Source: Candidatus Velthaea sp. (GTDB lineage: Bacteria; Vulcanimicrobiota; Vulcanimicrobiia; Vulcanimicrobiales; Vulcanimicrobiaceae). Taken from it: a stretch of 64,000 nt of DNA. Below the pieces are notes generated by a model. That model ran no database searches. It saw only the letters and a program-made list of their open reading frames with translations, and was not told where the DNA came from. The translations under genes were made by a program, and so were the position numbers. The stretch lies in the NCBI GenBank assembly GCA_965214935.1, contig CBDCCS010000022.1:224001-288000 (forward strand), given 5' to 3'. This document shows positions 40,947 to 51,013 of the stretch, in pieces; the stretch's first letter is position 1; each line of letters starts with the position of its first letter.

Positions 40947-42419
40947 GTGACTCTGCTTGCTACGAAACGCACGAAAATCGTTGCGACGATTGGACCAGCT
41001 TCTCGCGATCCGCTCGTATTGCGCGAATTGTTCCGGAGCGGCGTAAATGTCGTTCGGCTAAATTTCTCGCATGGCTCGCATGCGGACCACGCGGCGGTCA
41101 TCGAAGATGTCCGGCGCGTCTCGAGCGAACTTGGGATTCACGTGGCAATCCTGCAGGATTTGCCTGGTCCGAAAGTTCGCACCGGCCTCATGGACGGTGG
41201 CAGCGGCTCGATCATCCTGCTCGAGGGGCAGCACTTCACGCTTACGACGTCTGCGGTCGAAGGTACGCAAGACCGCGTCTCGGTTTCGTACGCGCATCTG
41301 CCGCGTGATGTGACGGCCGGAAAGCAGATCTACCTGGCCGACGGCTCGATCGCCTTGCGCATTACATCGCTCAGCGAGACCGACGTGCACACGACCGTTG
41401 AAGTCGGCGGAACCCTTCGTTCGAAACAAGGCATCAATTATCCGGACGGATCGCTAGCGATCGAATCGGTGACGGACCGCGATCTCGAGCATTTGGCCTT
41501 CGGCATCGAGCATAATGTCGACTGGGTCGCGGTCTCGTTCGTTCGGACGGCGGCCGACGTGGCGCGCGTCAAGCGCTTTATCGCCGAACGCGGTAAGACC
41601 ATCCCAGTCATCGCGAAGATTGAAAAGCACGAAGCGCTCGAACACATTGCAGCGATCGTCGATATCGCCGACGGGGTGATGGTCGCTCGGGGCGATCTCG
41701 GCATCGAGATGCCGATGCAAGAAGTTCCGATGATTCAAAAGGATCTCATCGCGCGCGCGAACCGGGCCAGCAAGCCGGTCATCACCGCGACGGAAATGCT
41801 CGAATCGATGATCGTAAACGCCCGGCCGACCCGCGCCGAAGCCGCTGATGTCGCCAACGCCATCTTAGACGGGACGGACGCCGTCATGCTTTCGGGCGAA
41901 ACCGCGCGCGGTGCCCATCCGCTTGAAGCCGTACGCGCAATGGCGACGATCGCACGTGAGATCGAGGCCCGTTATCCTTTTCAGGAAGCCTTCGATCGCC
42001 GCTCGAGCGGACAGTCGGGCAAACCGTCGCTGCCCAATACCGACGATGAAATCGGCACGGCCATTGCCGAAGGCGCCGCTCGCTGCGCCCAAGTGCTGGG
42101 TCTCGATCTGGTCGTCACCGGGACGACGACCGGCAACACCGCGCGACACATTTCGTCGTTCCGGCCCAAAGCGCGCATTGTCGCCGTTACTCCGCTCGTT
42201 GAAGTCGCACGGCGGATGGCACTGGTCTGGGGCGTCGAGTCGCTCGTCGTTCACACGTACCGTTACATCGAGACGCTCATCGAGATCGCCGAACAGCGCG
42301 TGATCGCTGAAGGGCTCGCCGCTCCGGGTGAGACGGTCGCCATCACGAGCGGCATGCCGGTCGGCGCCGGCGGTACGAACGTCTTAAAAATTCACCGCCT
42401 CCCGGCGGCGGCCGTCTAG
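40947..42419 (+). CDS. pyk: Pyruvate kinase
   Basis: RTKIVATIGPAS, RLNFSHG, DLPGPK, IAKIE, MVARGDLG, DAVMLSGETA. Confidence 0.98.
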   Translation: MTLLATKRTKIVATIGPASRDPLVLRELFRSGVNVVRLNFSHGSHADHAAVIEDVRRVSSELGIHVAILQDLPGPKVRTGLMDGGSGSIILLEGQHFTLTTSAVEGTQDRVSVSYAHLPRDVTAGKQIYLADGSIALRITSLSETDVHTTVEVGGTLRSKQGINYPDGSLAIESVTDRDLEHLAFGIEHNVDWVAVSFVRTAADVARVKRFIAERGKTIPVIAKIEKHEALEHIAAIVDIADGVMVARGDLGIEMPMQEVPMIQKDLIARANRASKPVITATEMLESMIVNARPTRAEAADVANAILDGTDAVMLSGETARGAHPLEAVRAMATIAREIEARYPFQEAFDRRSSGQSGKPSLPNTDDEIGTAIAEGAARCAQVLGLDLVVTGTTTGNTARHISSFRPKARIVAVTPLVEVARRMALVWGVESLVVHTYRYIETLIEIAEQRVIAEGLAAPGETVAITSGMPVGAGGTNVLKIHRLPAAAV

Positions 42420-43516
42420 ACCGGTTGATGCGGGCGCCGGCCGGCAATCGGCAGCCGCGCCATCTGCTCGTATGTCTCGCGCAGCCGTTCAACGTTTGTC
42501 GTTGCCGAAAATGCCAGCGTTGCAGCAGGTCGCTGGGCTTGTGCGGCTGCCCAAGCTGTATCGATACCGAGCCAAGCCTCGTTGATACCGGTGGCAAAGC
42601 CGGTTGCATTATCGGGAACGAGCCAACCGGCATAGGGAGCCAGCGTGTCGGCAATTCCGCCGGAATCCGCTCCGATTGCCGGGATACCGCCGGCGAGGCT
42701 TTCGAGCAAAGCGTACGGCAAGCCGTCATAGGCCGACGGAACGACGAGCATATCGATCTCCGCGAACATGTCCGCGCTCGATAAGTCATCGTGAAACGTA
42801 ACGGCATCAATGATTCCGGCCGTGCGCGCGTGCGACCGGACGAGCCCGGCGATCGGACCGCTGCGGCCGAAGACCAGGCGCGCGCTGCCGTTCTTCCTGC
42901 GCACGAGTGCGACGGCGTCAACCGCAATTTCCCACGCTCGATCGGACTCCAAACGGTTCGCATAGCCGACAATCGGTCCCGGCCGCCCGACCGGACGCAT
43001 CACGCTATCGCGCACCGGCGGAGTCACTCCGTAGGGCACGACATGGACCTTTTCGGCCGGCATGTTGAGCGTGCCGACCAGCACGCGGCGTAGCGTATCG
43101 TACGCACATTCAACCGCCCACGAACGCGCAAGCAGTTCGGGCAAGCGTTTCTCGAGAAACGCCTTCGGCATCTCGCCTTTGCGGATCGGATCTTGCAACG
43201 TCACCAGCGTTCGGCCGGCATACCGCGCGGGAAGAGCCCCAAGCGCAACGGCTGCGGCGGTCCAGCCGAAAGCGTGGATGGCGTCGGGCTCGTAACGGTC
43301 GACGGCGCGACGCAACACGCGGATCGACCGCAGAACGTTGAACAGCCCGGCCGGACGCCACGATTCGGTCGGGACGCCCGTGCCGCGCAACGCTTTGGCC
43401 TGCGCGTCAGGCGCCAGCATTCGCGTTTCGTGAACCGGCGCGATTGCAGCAATCGCATCGCGAACGGAACGCAGCATCGCTTGTCCGCCCATCGAGACAA
43501 GATAGAGTACTTTCAC
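42416..43516 (-). CDS. Glycosyltransferase family 4
   Basis: GT-B C-terminal motif VVPSAYDGLPYALLESLAGG; GTGA overlap with recN. Confidence 0.82.
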   Translation of the reverse strand: MKVLYLVSMGGQAMLRSVRDAIAAIAPVHETRMLAPDAQAKALRGTGVPTESWRPAGLFNVLRSIRVLRRAVDRYEPDAIHAFGWTAAAVALGALPARYAGRTLVTLQDPIRKGEMPKAFLEKRLPELLARSWAVECAYDTLRRVLVGTLNMPAEKVHVVPYGVTPPVRDSVMRPVGRPGPIVGYANRLESDRAWEIAVDAVALVRRKNGSARLVFGRSGPIAGLVRSHARTAGIIDAVTFHDDLSSADMFAEIDMLVVPSAYDGLPYALLESLAGGIPAIGADSGGIADTLAPYAGWLVPDNATGFATGINEAWLGIDTAWAAAQAQRPAATLAFSATTNVERLRETYEQMARLPIAGRRPHQPV

Positions 43517-45186
43517 GGGACGTGCGCACCGGCAACGAGCACCGCAGCATGCTGGAGCGATACCAAGTTCGCCTGGCCGGAAAGCATTCGCGCGATCTCT
43601 TCGAGCCGAGCCTCACGGACGCCGAGCGTTTCGAGCTCGATGACCGTTGCGCCGCGAACATCGTGCTTGCGGAGCGCTAGATGCGCGTCCGCCCACGAAG
43701 CGATTTGGGCTAAGTGGGTGACCACGACGACTTGCGTGCCGCGTGCAAGCCGGCCGATCCGGGAGCCGACGGCAACCGCAGTGGCTCCGCCGATGCCCGC
43801 ATCGATTTCATCGAAGACCAGCGCAAGCCGGTCGCGACGGTCGGCAATGGCGACGACGAGAGCGAGGAGCACGCGCGATAATTCGCCGCCCGACGCGCTC
43901 TTGGCAATCGCTCGCAGCGGTTCACCGGCGTTCGCCGATAGTTGCAGTTCTGCTCGCTCCGCCCCGGTAGCGCCGATCCGTTCGAGCGGCTCGAACGTCA
44001 CCGCAAAACGTGCGTTCGGCATTGCTAACGCTGCAAGCTCCGCTGCAACGAGTGCTTCGAGCGCGTCCGCGGCCGACCGGCGTTGCACGCTCAACCGGCC
44101 TGCGGCGTCATGCAACTGCGCCGTTAAACGTGCCGATCGTCCGCGTAACGCCGCAAGATCTCCGTCACGCCGTTCGTCGCGGTCGACAAGCGCGGCGAAG
44201 TCCGCTCGCACCGTGCGGATTTCCGCGAGCGACCCGCCGTACTTCTTCTTAAGCCGGTCGATGTGCTCGAGCCGCGCAAGCAACGTTGCAAGTTCGGCCG
44301 GATCGGCTTCGACCGCTTCGCGTTCACGCGCCAGCCGGCTTACGGCATCATGCAGTTCGGCTTGCAGTGTTACGATCGAAGCAGCGAGCTGTGCGAATGC
44401 GTCGCCGAAGCGCGCGATGCCGGCAAGCGCTGAAGCCGCCGTGCCGGCGGCGTCTTCGGCACCGTTTTCTTCCCCGAGCGCTGCACCCGCCGTCCCGAGT
44501 GCCATGGCGATTTTCTCAGCGTTCGCTAATACATCGCGGCGCTCGCGCAGGCGAACGTCTTCGCCGTCTTCCAGCGCGGCCGCATCGATTTCAGCTAACG
44601 CAAAGCGGGCGAACTCGAGACGAGCGCGTGCCCGTCCGTCGTCTGCCTGGAGTTCGGCAAGCTGCTCGTCGATCGCATGCAACTCGCGGTATACGGCGGC
44701 CACGGCACTGACGGCGGCGGCCGTCGCGCCCGTGCCGAAGCGGTCGACGATCTCGAGTGCAAATGCCGGCGCCAGCAGGCGCTGCGCATCGTGCTGACCG
44801 ACGATCTCGACGACCAAAGCAGCGAGCGCGCGTAACTGGCTTGCACTTGCCGCAACACCGTTGATCCGGGCTTGCGAACGTCCGCCGGCAAGCAGTTCGC
44901 GCGAGATGATGAGATCGTCGTCCTCGGCAAGCACGATACCGCTTGCCGCAGCGGCCTCGCGCAACGCCTCGTCGGGTTCGACCTCGATAACGACACGTGC
45001 CCGTGCGGCCCCGCCGCGGATCATATCGGTATCGGCGCGTTCGCCGAGCGCAAACCGGAGCGCGCCGAGCAACATCGTCTTGCCCGAACCGGTTTCACCG
45101 CTAAAGACGGTAAGACCACCGGCAAAGTCTACTGCCGCATGTGCAATGAGACCGAAATCTTCGATCGTTAAGCGCACGAGCCGCAT
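43513..45186 (-). CDS. recN: DNA repair protein RecN
   Basis: GETGSGK, IVGQH, ASGGELSR, FDEIDAG, VTHLAQIA. Confidence 0.97.
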   Translation of the reverse strand: MRLVRLTIEDFGLIAHAAVDFAGGLTVFSGETGSGKTMLLGALRFALGERADTDMIRGGAARARVVIEVEPDEALREAAAASGIVLAEDDDLIISRELLAGGRSQARINGVAASASQLRALAALVVEIVGQHDAQRLLAPAFALEIVDRFGTGATAAAVSAVAAVYRELHAIDEQLAELQADDGRARARLEFARFALAEIDAAALEDGEDVRLRERRDVLANAEKIAMALGTAGAALGEENGAEDAAGTAASALAGIARFGDAFAQLAASIVTLQAELHDAVSRLAREREAVEADPAELATLLARLEHIDRLKKKYGGSLAEIRTVRADFAALVDRDERRDGDLAALRGRSARLTAQLHDAAGRLSVQRRSAADALEALVAAELAALAMPNARFAVTFEPLERIGATGAERAELQLSANAGEPLRAIAKSASGGELSRVLLALVVAIADRRDRLALVFDEIDAGIGGATAVAVGSRIGRLARGTQVVVVTHLAQIASWADAHLALRKHDVRGATVIELETLGVREARLEEIARMLSGQANLVSLQHAAVLVAGAHVP

Positions 45187-46040
45187 CAGCCGGCTTCGCG
45201 CTTGATCGGTACGCCCCACTGTAATTTTTCCTCTAAGCGTAGAAAGAACCCATCCGAGCGCGTGCGCGCAAATTTTACCGGACGCGGCGCCCGGCGCACG
45301 ATCACCCGATCACCCGGTGCGAGGTCGCCGGCAAGAGTCCCGTCGATATCGAGATTCGCATGCATCGACTCGGAGTCGACGGTAATCGTGATCGTCGACG
45401 AGGTCGGCACGATCAGCGGCCGGGCAAATAAGGTGTGCGGAAGCAACGCCGCAATGCCGAACGCATCGACCCCGGGCGAAATAATCGGCCCGCCGGCGGA
45501 CAAAAAGTAGGCCGTCGAACCGGTCGGCGTCGCCACAATGATCCCGTCCGACGGCAGCCGCGCTATCGGCTCGTCGTCCAGCGAGAGACCGAAGGGTGCC
45601 ATGCGGGCGTTCGAAGCACGCCGCACGACGACGTCGTTGAGCGCAAAGTGAGCACCTTCGCCGTTGACCGAGGCGTCGAGCGCAACGCGCTCTTCGATGC
45701 GAAACGAACCATCGAGAATATCGCCGATCTCTTCGAGCACGTTATCATGCTCGTCGATCTCCGTTAGAAAACCAAGCCGACCGGTATTGACGCCGAACAC
45801 CGGAACGTCAAGGGGCACCGCAAAGCGCATACCGCGCAGCAGCGTACCGTCGCCGCCGAAGGTTATGATGAGATCGGCGTCTGCCAAACTCGTGCGCGGC
45901 GTACCTAAATCGACTAACTCGACCTGCTCGTCCGCAAGTGCGACGGCGAAGCCGCGACTAACGGCCAGCGCCGCGGCGCTGCGGGCGAACTCGAGCGCAC
46001 GGGGACGATGTAAGTTGACGTAAAACGCAACGGTTCGCAC
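45186..46040 (-). CDS. nadK: NAD kinase
   Basis: GGDGT, GRLGFL, ALND, TPTGSTAY..SAGG. Confidence 0.97.
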   Translation of the reverse strand: MRTVAFYVNLHRPRALEFARSAAALAVSRGFAVALADEQVELVDLGTPRTSLADADLIITFGGDGTLLRGMRFAVPLDVPVFGVNTGRLGFLTEIDEHDNVLEEIGDILDGSFRIEERVALDASVNGEGAHFALNDVVVRRASNARMAPFGLSLDDEPIARLPSDGIIVATPTGSTAYFLSAGGPIISPGVDAFGIAALLPHTLFARPLIVPTSSTITITVDSESMHANLDIDGTLAGDLAPGDRVIVRRAPRPVKFARTRSDGFFLRLEEKLQWGVPIKREAG

Positions 46041-46834
46041 TAGGCGTTTTCCGTATGGGCGTCGCGAACGAGCGCGTCGACTTTTGCGTCGGTCAACACC
46101 GTTCCACTTTGCGCGATACGATAAAAAAACTCGACGTTGCCCGCCGGTCCGCGTAGCGGCGAAAGCGCGCCGTCAACGGCGACGAGCCCGAACTTTGCGA
46201 GCGCATCGCGCACTTCAACGAGAATCGCGCGATGAACCGCCGCATCGCGGACGACACCGCCGCCGCCGATCCGGTCGCGACCGGCCTCGAATTGCGGCTT
46301 CACGAGCGCGACGATTTCGCCGGCCGGCCGCAAAAACCGAACCGCGCGAGCAAGGATGGTTCGGATCGAAATAAATGATGCATCGATCACGATCAGATCG
46401 AAACGTTCGGGAAATGCGTCGTCCGGCAGGGTCCGAAAATTCGTCCGCTCGATTACGGTGACGCGCGGATCGGTACGTAAGGACCATGCAAGTTGTCCGT
46501 AGCCGACGTCGAGCGCCGTAACATGTTTGGCACCGGCACGTAAAATCGCGTCGGTAAAGCCGCCGGTCGATGCCCCGACGTCAAGCACGTCGAGGTTTGC
46601 CGGGACGATTTCAAACGCGCGCAACGCACCGGCCAGTTTTTCACCGCCGCGGCTGACGAATTCCGGCGGTGCCTGAACGTCGAGTTGCGCGCCGTCACGC
46701 AACAGCGCGCCGGCCTTGGCCGCCGGCCGGCCATCGACCCGAACGCGGCCGGCCAAAATCAGTCCGCGCGCTTGCGAGCGCGTGACGCCGAGCCGGGCGG
46801 CAACTGCGGCGTCCAAGCGTTCGCGTTGCGACAG
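46040..46834 (-). CDS. tlyA: TlyA family rRNA methyltransferase
   Basis: S4 domain RERLD, FVSRGGEKL, DVGASTGGFTD, DVGYGQL, VKPQFE; first standard start is TTG 46816, homology extends to CTG 46834. Confidence 0.93.
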   Translation of the reverse strand: MSQRERLDAAVAARLGVTRSQARGLILAGRVRVDGRPAAKAGALLRDGAQLDVQAPPEFVSRGGEKLAGALRAFEIVPANLDVLDVGASTGGFTDAILRAGAKHVTALDVGYGQLAWSLRTDPRVTVIERTNFRTLPDDAFPERFDLIVIDASFISIRTILARAVRFLRPAGEIVALVKPQFEAGRDRIGGGGVVRDAAVHRAILVEVRDALAKFGLVAVDGALSPLRGPAGNVEFFYRIAQSGTVLTDAKVDALVRDAHTENA

Positions 46835-46848
46835 GCCGGCGGAACGAT

Positions 46849-47127
46849 TTAAAATAGCAAATCTTCGTCGGGCAATTCGTCTTCGAGTGACGGACGCTGC
46901 AGTGTTGCGCCGTTCGCTTTCTTCTCGATCACTGCACCGCTAACCGCGGCATCGATCTGCTCCTGCGCGGTTTTGAGCAAACCTTCGCAGCGTCGTGCCA
47001 GTTCGCGTCCTTCTTGAAATAACGCTACCGACTGATCGAGCGAAACGGTATCGCTTTCGAGTTGATGTACGATGTCTTCGAGCCGCTTGAGCGACGACTC
47101 GAACGTCAGCGCTTTATTCTCCGCCAT
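46849..47127 (-). CDS. xseB: Exodeoxyribonuclease VII small subunit
   Basis: FESSLKRLEDIV..LE....LD.S...F.EG. Confidence 0.95.
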   Translation of the reverse strand: MAENKALTFESSLKRLEDIVHQLESDTVSLDQSVALFQEGRELARRCEGLLKTAQEQIDAAVSGAVIEKKANGATLQRPSLEDELPDEDLLF

Positions 47128-48544
47128 CTGTCCGTTCGCGTTCGACGCAGGCGCCGAGCGTTCCGCGAGCAAGCTGCACGCTCAGATGCGTCCCGGGCGG
47201 CGCGGACGCCGCATCGCGTAACACCGCTCCGTCCGCAGTAACGATGGCGTATCCGCGTTGCAGAATTTTCGTCGGGTCGCGCCCATCGAGCATGACGTCG
47301 AGCAATTGCAGCTTCGCGCGGCGCCGCGTCATTGCCGTAGCGACGGCCGGTTCGATCCGGCCACCCAGCGCAACGAGCCGTCGGCGTTCGCGTGCGAGCG
47401 CCTCGCGTACGGCACCGGCCAAGCCGAATTGTACGAGCGCAAGACGCTCGCGCCGCCGGCTCAAGCGAAGGCTCGGTTTGCACGTCTCGAGCCGTGCCGT
47501 TACGGCATGGAGCGTTCGTACCGCGCCGCGCAGGCGATCGGCGATCGCCCGATCGAGGTCGACGGCGGTCATATCGACGGCTTGGCGTCGCCCGAACAAC
47601 AACCGTTCCGGCGCGGCCAGCGGCGAGCGCGTTTCAATGCGCGCAAGCTCGCGCCGGTGCATTTCGATTCCGCGCTCGAGCACGCGATCGAGCCGCTGAG
47701 CGCAGACGGCGATCGAGCGCTGCACGTCGGCGCGGCGCGGAAGGACGGTTTGGGCGGCTGTCGATGGCGTTGCCGCGCGCCGGTCGGCTACAAAATCCGT
47801 CAGCGGCGCGTCGGCTTCGTGTCCGATCGCCGAGACCGTCGGGTGCACGCAGCGTGCCAGAGCGCGGACGACTCGCTCGTTGTTGAAAACGAACAAATCT
47901 TCATACGAGCCGCCGCCGCGCGCGATCACCACGAGGTCGACGGGCGCACGCGACGCTCGATCGATCGCCGCGACTATCTCGCCGGCGGCGCTTTCGCCTT
48001 GAACGGCCGTTTCGAACAACTCGATGCGGACATGCGGTGCGAGCGCGGCCGCCTGACTGATGAAATCACCCGCGCCGTTCGCGGCACGCGAGGACACGAG
48101 TGCAATATGAAACGGATACGCCGGTAACGGGCGCTTGCGATCGCCGGCGAATAAACCCTCGGCCTCAAGCCGGCGCTTTAGCGCTTCATAAACGGCGTGC
48201 AACCGGCCCGCGCCTTCGAGTTCGACACCGAAAACGCTAAGCTGATACGTGCTCTTTTTGGCATACGTGCCGATGCTGCCGTAAGCGATGACGGCTTGAC
48301 CGTTTGCCAATGCCGGAAACATCGCCGCGGCCTCCGCCCAAGCAATGCATTTAATGAGCGCGTCACGATCTTTGAGATCGAAATACGTCGTCCCGTTCGG
48401 CTGCACCGAGAGCCCGGAGATTTCGCCGCTGACGCCGATCCGGCGCAGCTTGGCATCGGCAGTCAACTTGCGGGTAAGGTAACTTGCCAATCTCGAAACG
48501 CTGACGATTATCTCGGGAACGGCGCTGGTGCTGGACGAAATCAC
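47114..48544 (-). CDS. xseA: Exodeoxyribonuclease VII large subunit
   Basis: GEIS, YFDLKD, ARGGGS.EDL..FN.E, SAIGHE.D, ATPSTAA, L.RGY. Confidence 0.97.
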   Translation of the reverse strand: MISSSTSAVPEIIVSVSRLASYLTRKLTADAKLRRIGVSGEISGLSVQPNGTTYFDLKDRDALIKCIAWAEAAAMFPALANGQAVIAYGSIGTYAKKSTYQLSVFGVELEGAGRLHAVYEALKRRLEAEGLFAGDRKRPLPAYPFHIALVSSRAANGAGDFISQAAALAPHVRIELFETAVQGESAAGEIVAAIDRASRAPVDLVVIARGGGSYEDLFVFNNERVVRALARCVHPTVSAIGHEADAPLTDFVADRRAATPSTAAQTVLPRRADVQRSIAVCAQRLDRVLERGIEMHRRELARIETRSPLAAPERLLFGRRQAVDMTAVDLDRAIADRLRGAVRTLHAVTARLETCKPSLRLSRRRERLALVQFGLAGAVREALARERRRLVALGGRIEPAVATAMTRRRAKLQLLDVMLDGRDPTKILQRGYAIVTADGAVLRDAASAPPGTHLSVQLARGTLGACVERERTDGGE

Positions 48545-50625
48545 GGCGTCGGTTCGGGGTCCGGTACGGCATTCGCGGGCCCGGCATCACCAGTCGCAAC
48601 GGTCGCACGGCGATGCAGACGGCGGGGCGGCGGCGTCTCGCCATCGCCGCACACGTGCGCGGGCTCTGTCCCGGCAAGGAAGACCTCCGGCTGGCCGGTA
48701 CCGCACAACGTCACCTTGCGCACCTCACCGGCAGGCAAGGTAAAATCGTGTTTGGGTGTTTTTGCCAAAGCCGACTTCATAAAGCGCGCCCAGATGCGTG
48801 CCGGAATATTGCCGCCGAAGCTTTCGGTCATGCGGTGGTAATCATCGTTACCGACCCATACCGCGGTAACGAGATCCGGCGTAAAGCCGACGAACCAGGC
48901 GTCGCGAAAATCCGACGTCGTCCCGGTCTTGCCCGCCGCCGGACGCCCGATATCCGCATTTGGATAACCGGTGCCGTGCTGGATTACGCCTTCGAGCATC
49001 GAGGTCATCACGTAGGCGGTGCCGGCGCTGATCACTTCAGTTTGCTGCGGATAGGTGTTGTCGAGCAGCGGCGTTCCTAGCGAATCGCGCACCACCCGAA
49101 TCGGCGACGGTTCGATGTGAATGCCCTCGTCGGCGATCGTCGCGTAGCCGCTCGCCATGTCCAAGGGAGAGACGACGCTGGAACCCAGCGCAAGCGACAA
49201 GTTCGCATCGAGCGGCGATTTCACGCCCATCCGTTTCGCATACTCGATCACTTTATCGATGCCGAGTTGTTGCGCGAGCTTCACTGCGACGACGTTGCGG
49301 GATTGGGCGAGTGCATAACGCATCGTAATCGCGCCGAAGAAGCGGTTGTCGTCGTCCATCGGCGCCCAGCGCGTGCCGTCTCCGGCAGGATAGCTCACCG
49401 GCGTATCTTCTAAGATCGTCGTCGGCGGCATCCCGCTATCGACCGCCGCCGTGTACACGAAAGCTTTAAACGACGAGCCGGGTTGACGGCGCGCCTGCCA
49501 CGCGCGATTGAATTGATTGCCGAGCGTGAACCCGCCGGCGCCGCCGACCATCGATACGATTTCACCCGTCGCGGGACGGATTGCGACGAGCGCGGCCTGA
49601 TGCGCGCCGATCCCCTCGCGCTGCGCGCGTCCGATGCCCCAGTCGACGGCGTCCTGCGCGAGCTTCTGCATCGCCGGATCGAGCGTCGTGTTCACTTGCA
49701 AGCCGCCTTCGTACGTTGCTTGCGTACCGAACTGCGTTTCGATGACATGTTGAACGTACGTGGTGAAATACGGATATGCAAACGACTGCAGACCGCTGGG
49801 CCGGTCGCCGATAAGCTTGAGCGGGCGAGCGGCTTCGGCGCGTGCTTCTTGTGCGTTTATAAAGCCGCTCGCGACCATCCGTTCGAGCACGTGACGCTGC
49901 CGTTCTTTCGCCCGTTCTAAACTCACGTAGGGCGAATACGCCGACGGTGCCGCGGGCATGCCGGCTAATAATGCGGCTTGACCGATCGTCAGCCGCTCGA
50001 CGGACGTACCGAAGTACGTGTGCGCCGCTGCTTCGATACCGTAGGCGCCGGACCCGTAGTAAATGATATTAAGATAGCGCTCGAGGATCTCGTTCTTCGT
50101 GTAATAGCGCTCGATTTCGATTGCCAGCAACGCTTCTTCGATTTTGCGCGAAATCGAAACTTCGTCGTTCAAAAATAGCTTGCGCGCCAGCTGCTGCGTG
50201 ATGGTCGAAGCGCCCTGAAATTGTTCGTGCCGCCAGTCGGCGTATGCAGCACGCACGATCCCGCTGAAATCGACTCCGTGATGGTTATAGAAATTCCGAT
50301 CCTCGGTTGCAATGAACGCGTTGCGCACGAATACCGGTATTTTATCGATCGTTACCCAGGTACGATTTTGGCGGTATAAATTTGCTAACAGCGTGCCGTC
50401 GCGGGCAAAGACGCGCGTCGAACGCGAAGGTTGATAGTCGGCCATCCGATTGATGTCCGGCAAGCCGCGCGAGTACGATGTAATGACGCCGGCGGCGATA
50501 CCGGCGACGAGCAGTAGCCCGAGGACTACGAGTGCGAACGCCGCGCGCACGACGTTCCACAGCGCCCAAACGGCGCGCCGTTTCGGACGCTTGCGCGCGC
50601 GCGTTCGCGCGCCGACGCCAATCAT
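48541..50625 (-). CDS. Class A penicillin-binding protein (PBP1A family)
   Basis: Transglycosylase EDRNFY, GASTITQQL; transpeptidase SSFK, SRN, KTG. Confidence 0.95.
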   Translation of the reverse strand: MIGVGARTRARKRPKRRAVWALWNVVRAAFALVVLGLLLVAGIAAGVITSYSRGLPDINRMADYQPSRSTRVFARDGTLLANLYRQNRTWVTIDKIPVFVRNAFIATEDRNFYNHHGVDFSGIVRAAYADWRHEQFQGASTITQQLARKLFLNDEVSISRKIEEALLAIEIERYYTKNEILERYLNIIYYGSGAYGIEAAAHTYFGTSVERLTIGQAALLAGMPAAPSAYSPYVSLERAKERQRHVLERMVASGFINAQEARAEAARPLKLIGDRPSGLQSFAYPYFTTYVQHVIETQFGTQATYEGGLQVNTTLDPAMQKLAQDAVDWGIGRAQREGIGAHQAALVAIRPATGEIVSMVGGAGGFTLGNQFNRAWQARRQPGSSFKAFVYTAAVDSGMPPTTILEDTPVSYPAGDGTRWAPMDDDNRFFGAITMRYALAQSRNVVAVKLAQQLGIDKVIEYAKRMGVKSPLDANLSLALGSSVVSPLDMASGYATIADEGIHIEPSPIRVVRDSLGTPLLDNTYPQQTEVISAGTAYVMTSMLEGVIQHGTGYPNADIGRPAAGKTGTTSDFRDAWFVGFTPDLVTAVWVGNDDYHRMTESFGGNIPARIWARFMKSALAKTPKHDFTLPAGEVRKVTLCGTGQPEVFLAGTEPAHVCGDGETPPPRRLHRRATVATGDAGPANAVPDPEPTP

Positions 50626-51011
50626 GGTTTTGCTTTCGCTAACACACCGTTGACGAAGCGGCCCGAATCTTCAGTTGAAAACTTTTTGGCCAACTCGACG
50701 GCTTCGTTGATAACGACGGGACGCGGTGTCGGCAGATGTCCCAGTTCATATACACCCATGCGCAAAACGATTCGGTCGATCGTCGGCAGCCGATCGATGG
50801 TCCAGCCTTCAAGCAACGGCGCAATAATGAGATCGCTTTGCACGACGTGCTCGAGCGTCCCGAGCACGAGATCGCGCACGAAAACACGGGTATCGGCTTC
50901 GGCGGCGCTGCCGACGGTTTCAGCGATCATTTCAGCCGGCTCTTTGTGACCGATCTCCGCGCCGTAAAGGGCTTGTAGCGCAAGTTCGCGCGCGTGTCTG
51001 CGTGACGGCAT
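50622..51011 (-). CDS. nusB: Transcription antitermination factor NusB
   Basis: RRHARELALQALY, IDR.VLR, INEAVELAK.F, FVNGVL. Confidence 0.96.
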   Translation of the reverse strand: MPSRRHARELALQALYGAEIGHKEPAEMIAETVGSAAEADTRVFVRDLVLGTLEHVVQSDLIIAPLLEGWTIDRLPTIDRIVLRMGVYELGHLPTPRPVVINEAVELAKKFSTEDSGRFVNGVLAKAKP

Positions 51012-51013
51012 TG

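Noticed and set aside
41780..41812. Pyruvate kinase ATEMLES instead of ATQMLES
   Set aside because: Single substitution with all other motifs intact; insufficient to claim altered function
43193..44797. 534-aa plus-strand ORF
   Set aside because: Antisense shadow of recN; Ser/Ala/Arg-rich with no motifs, typical of high-GC DNA
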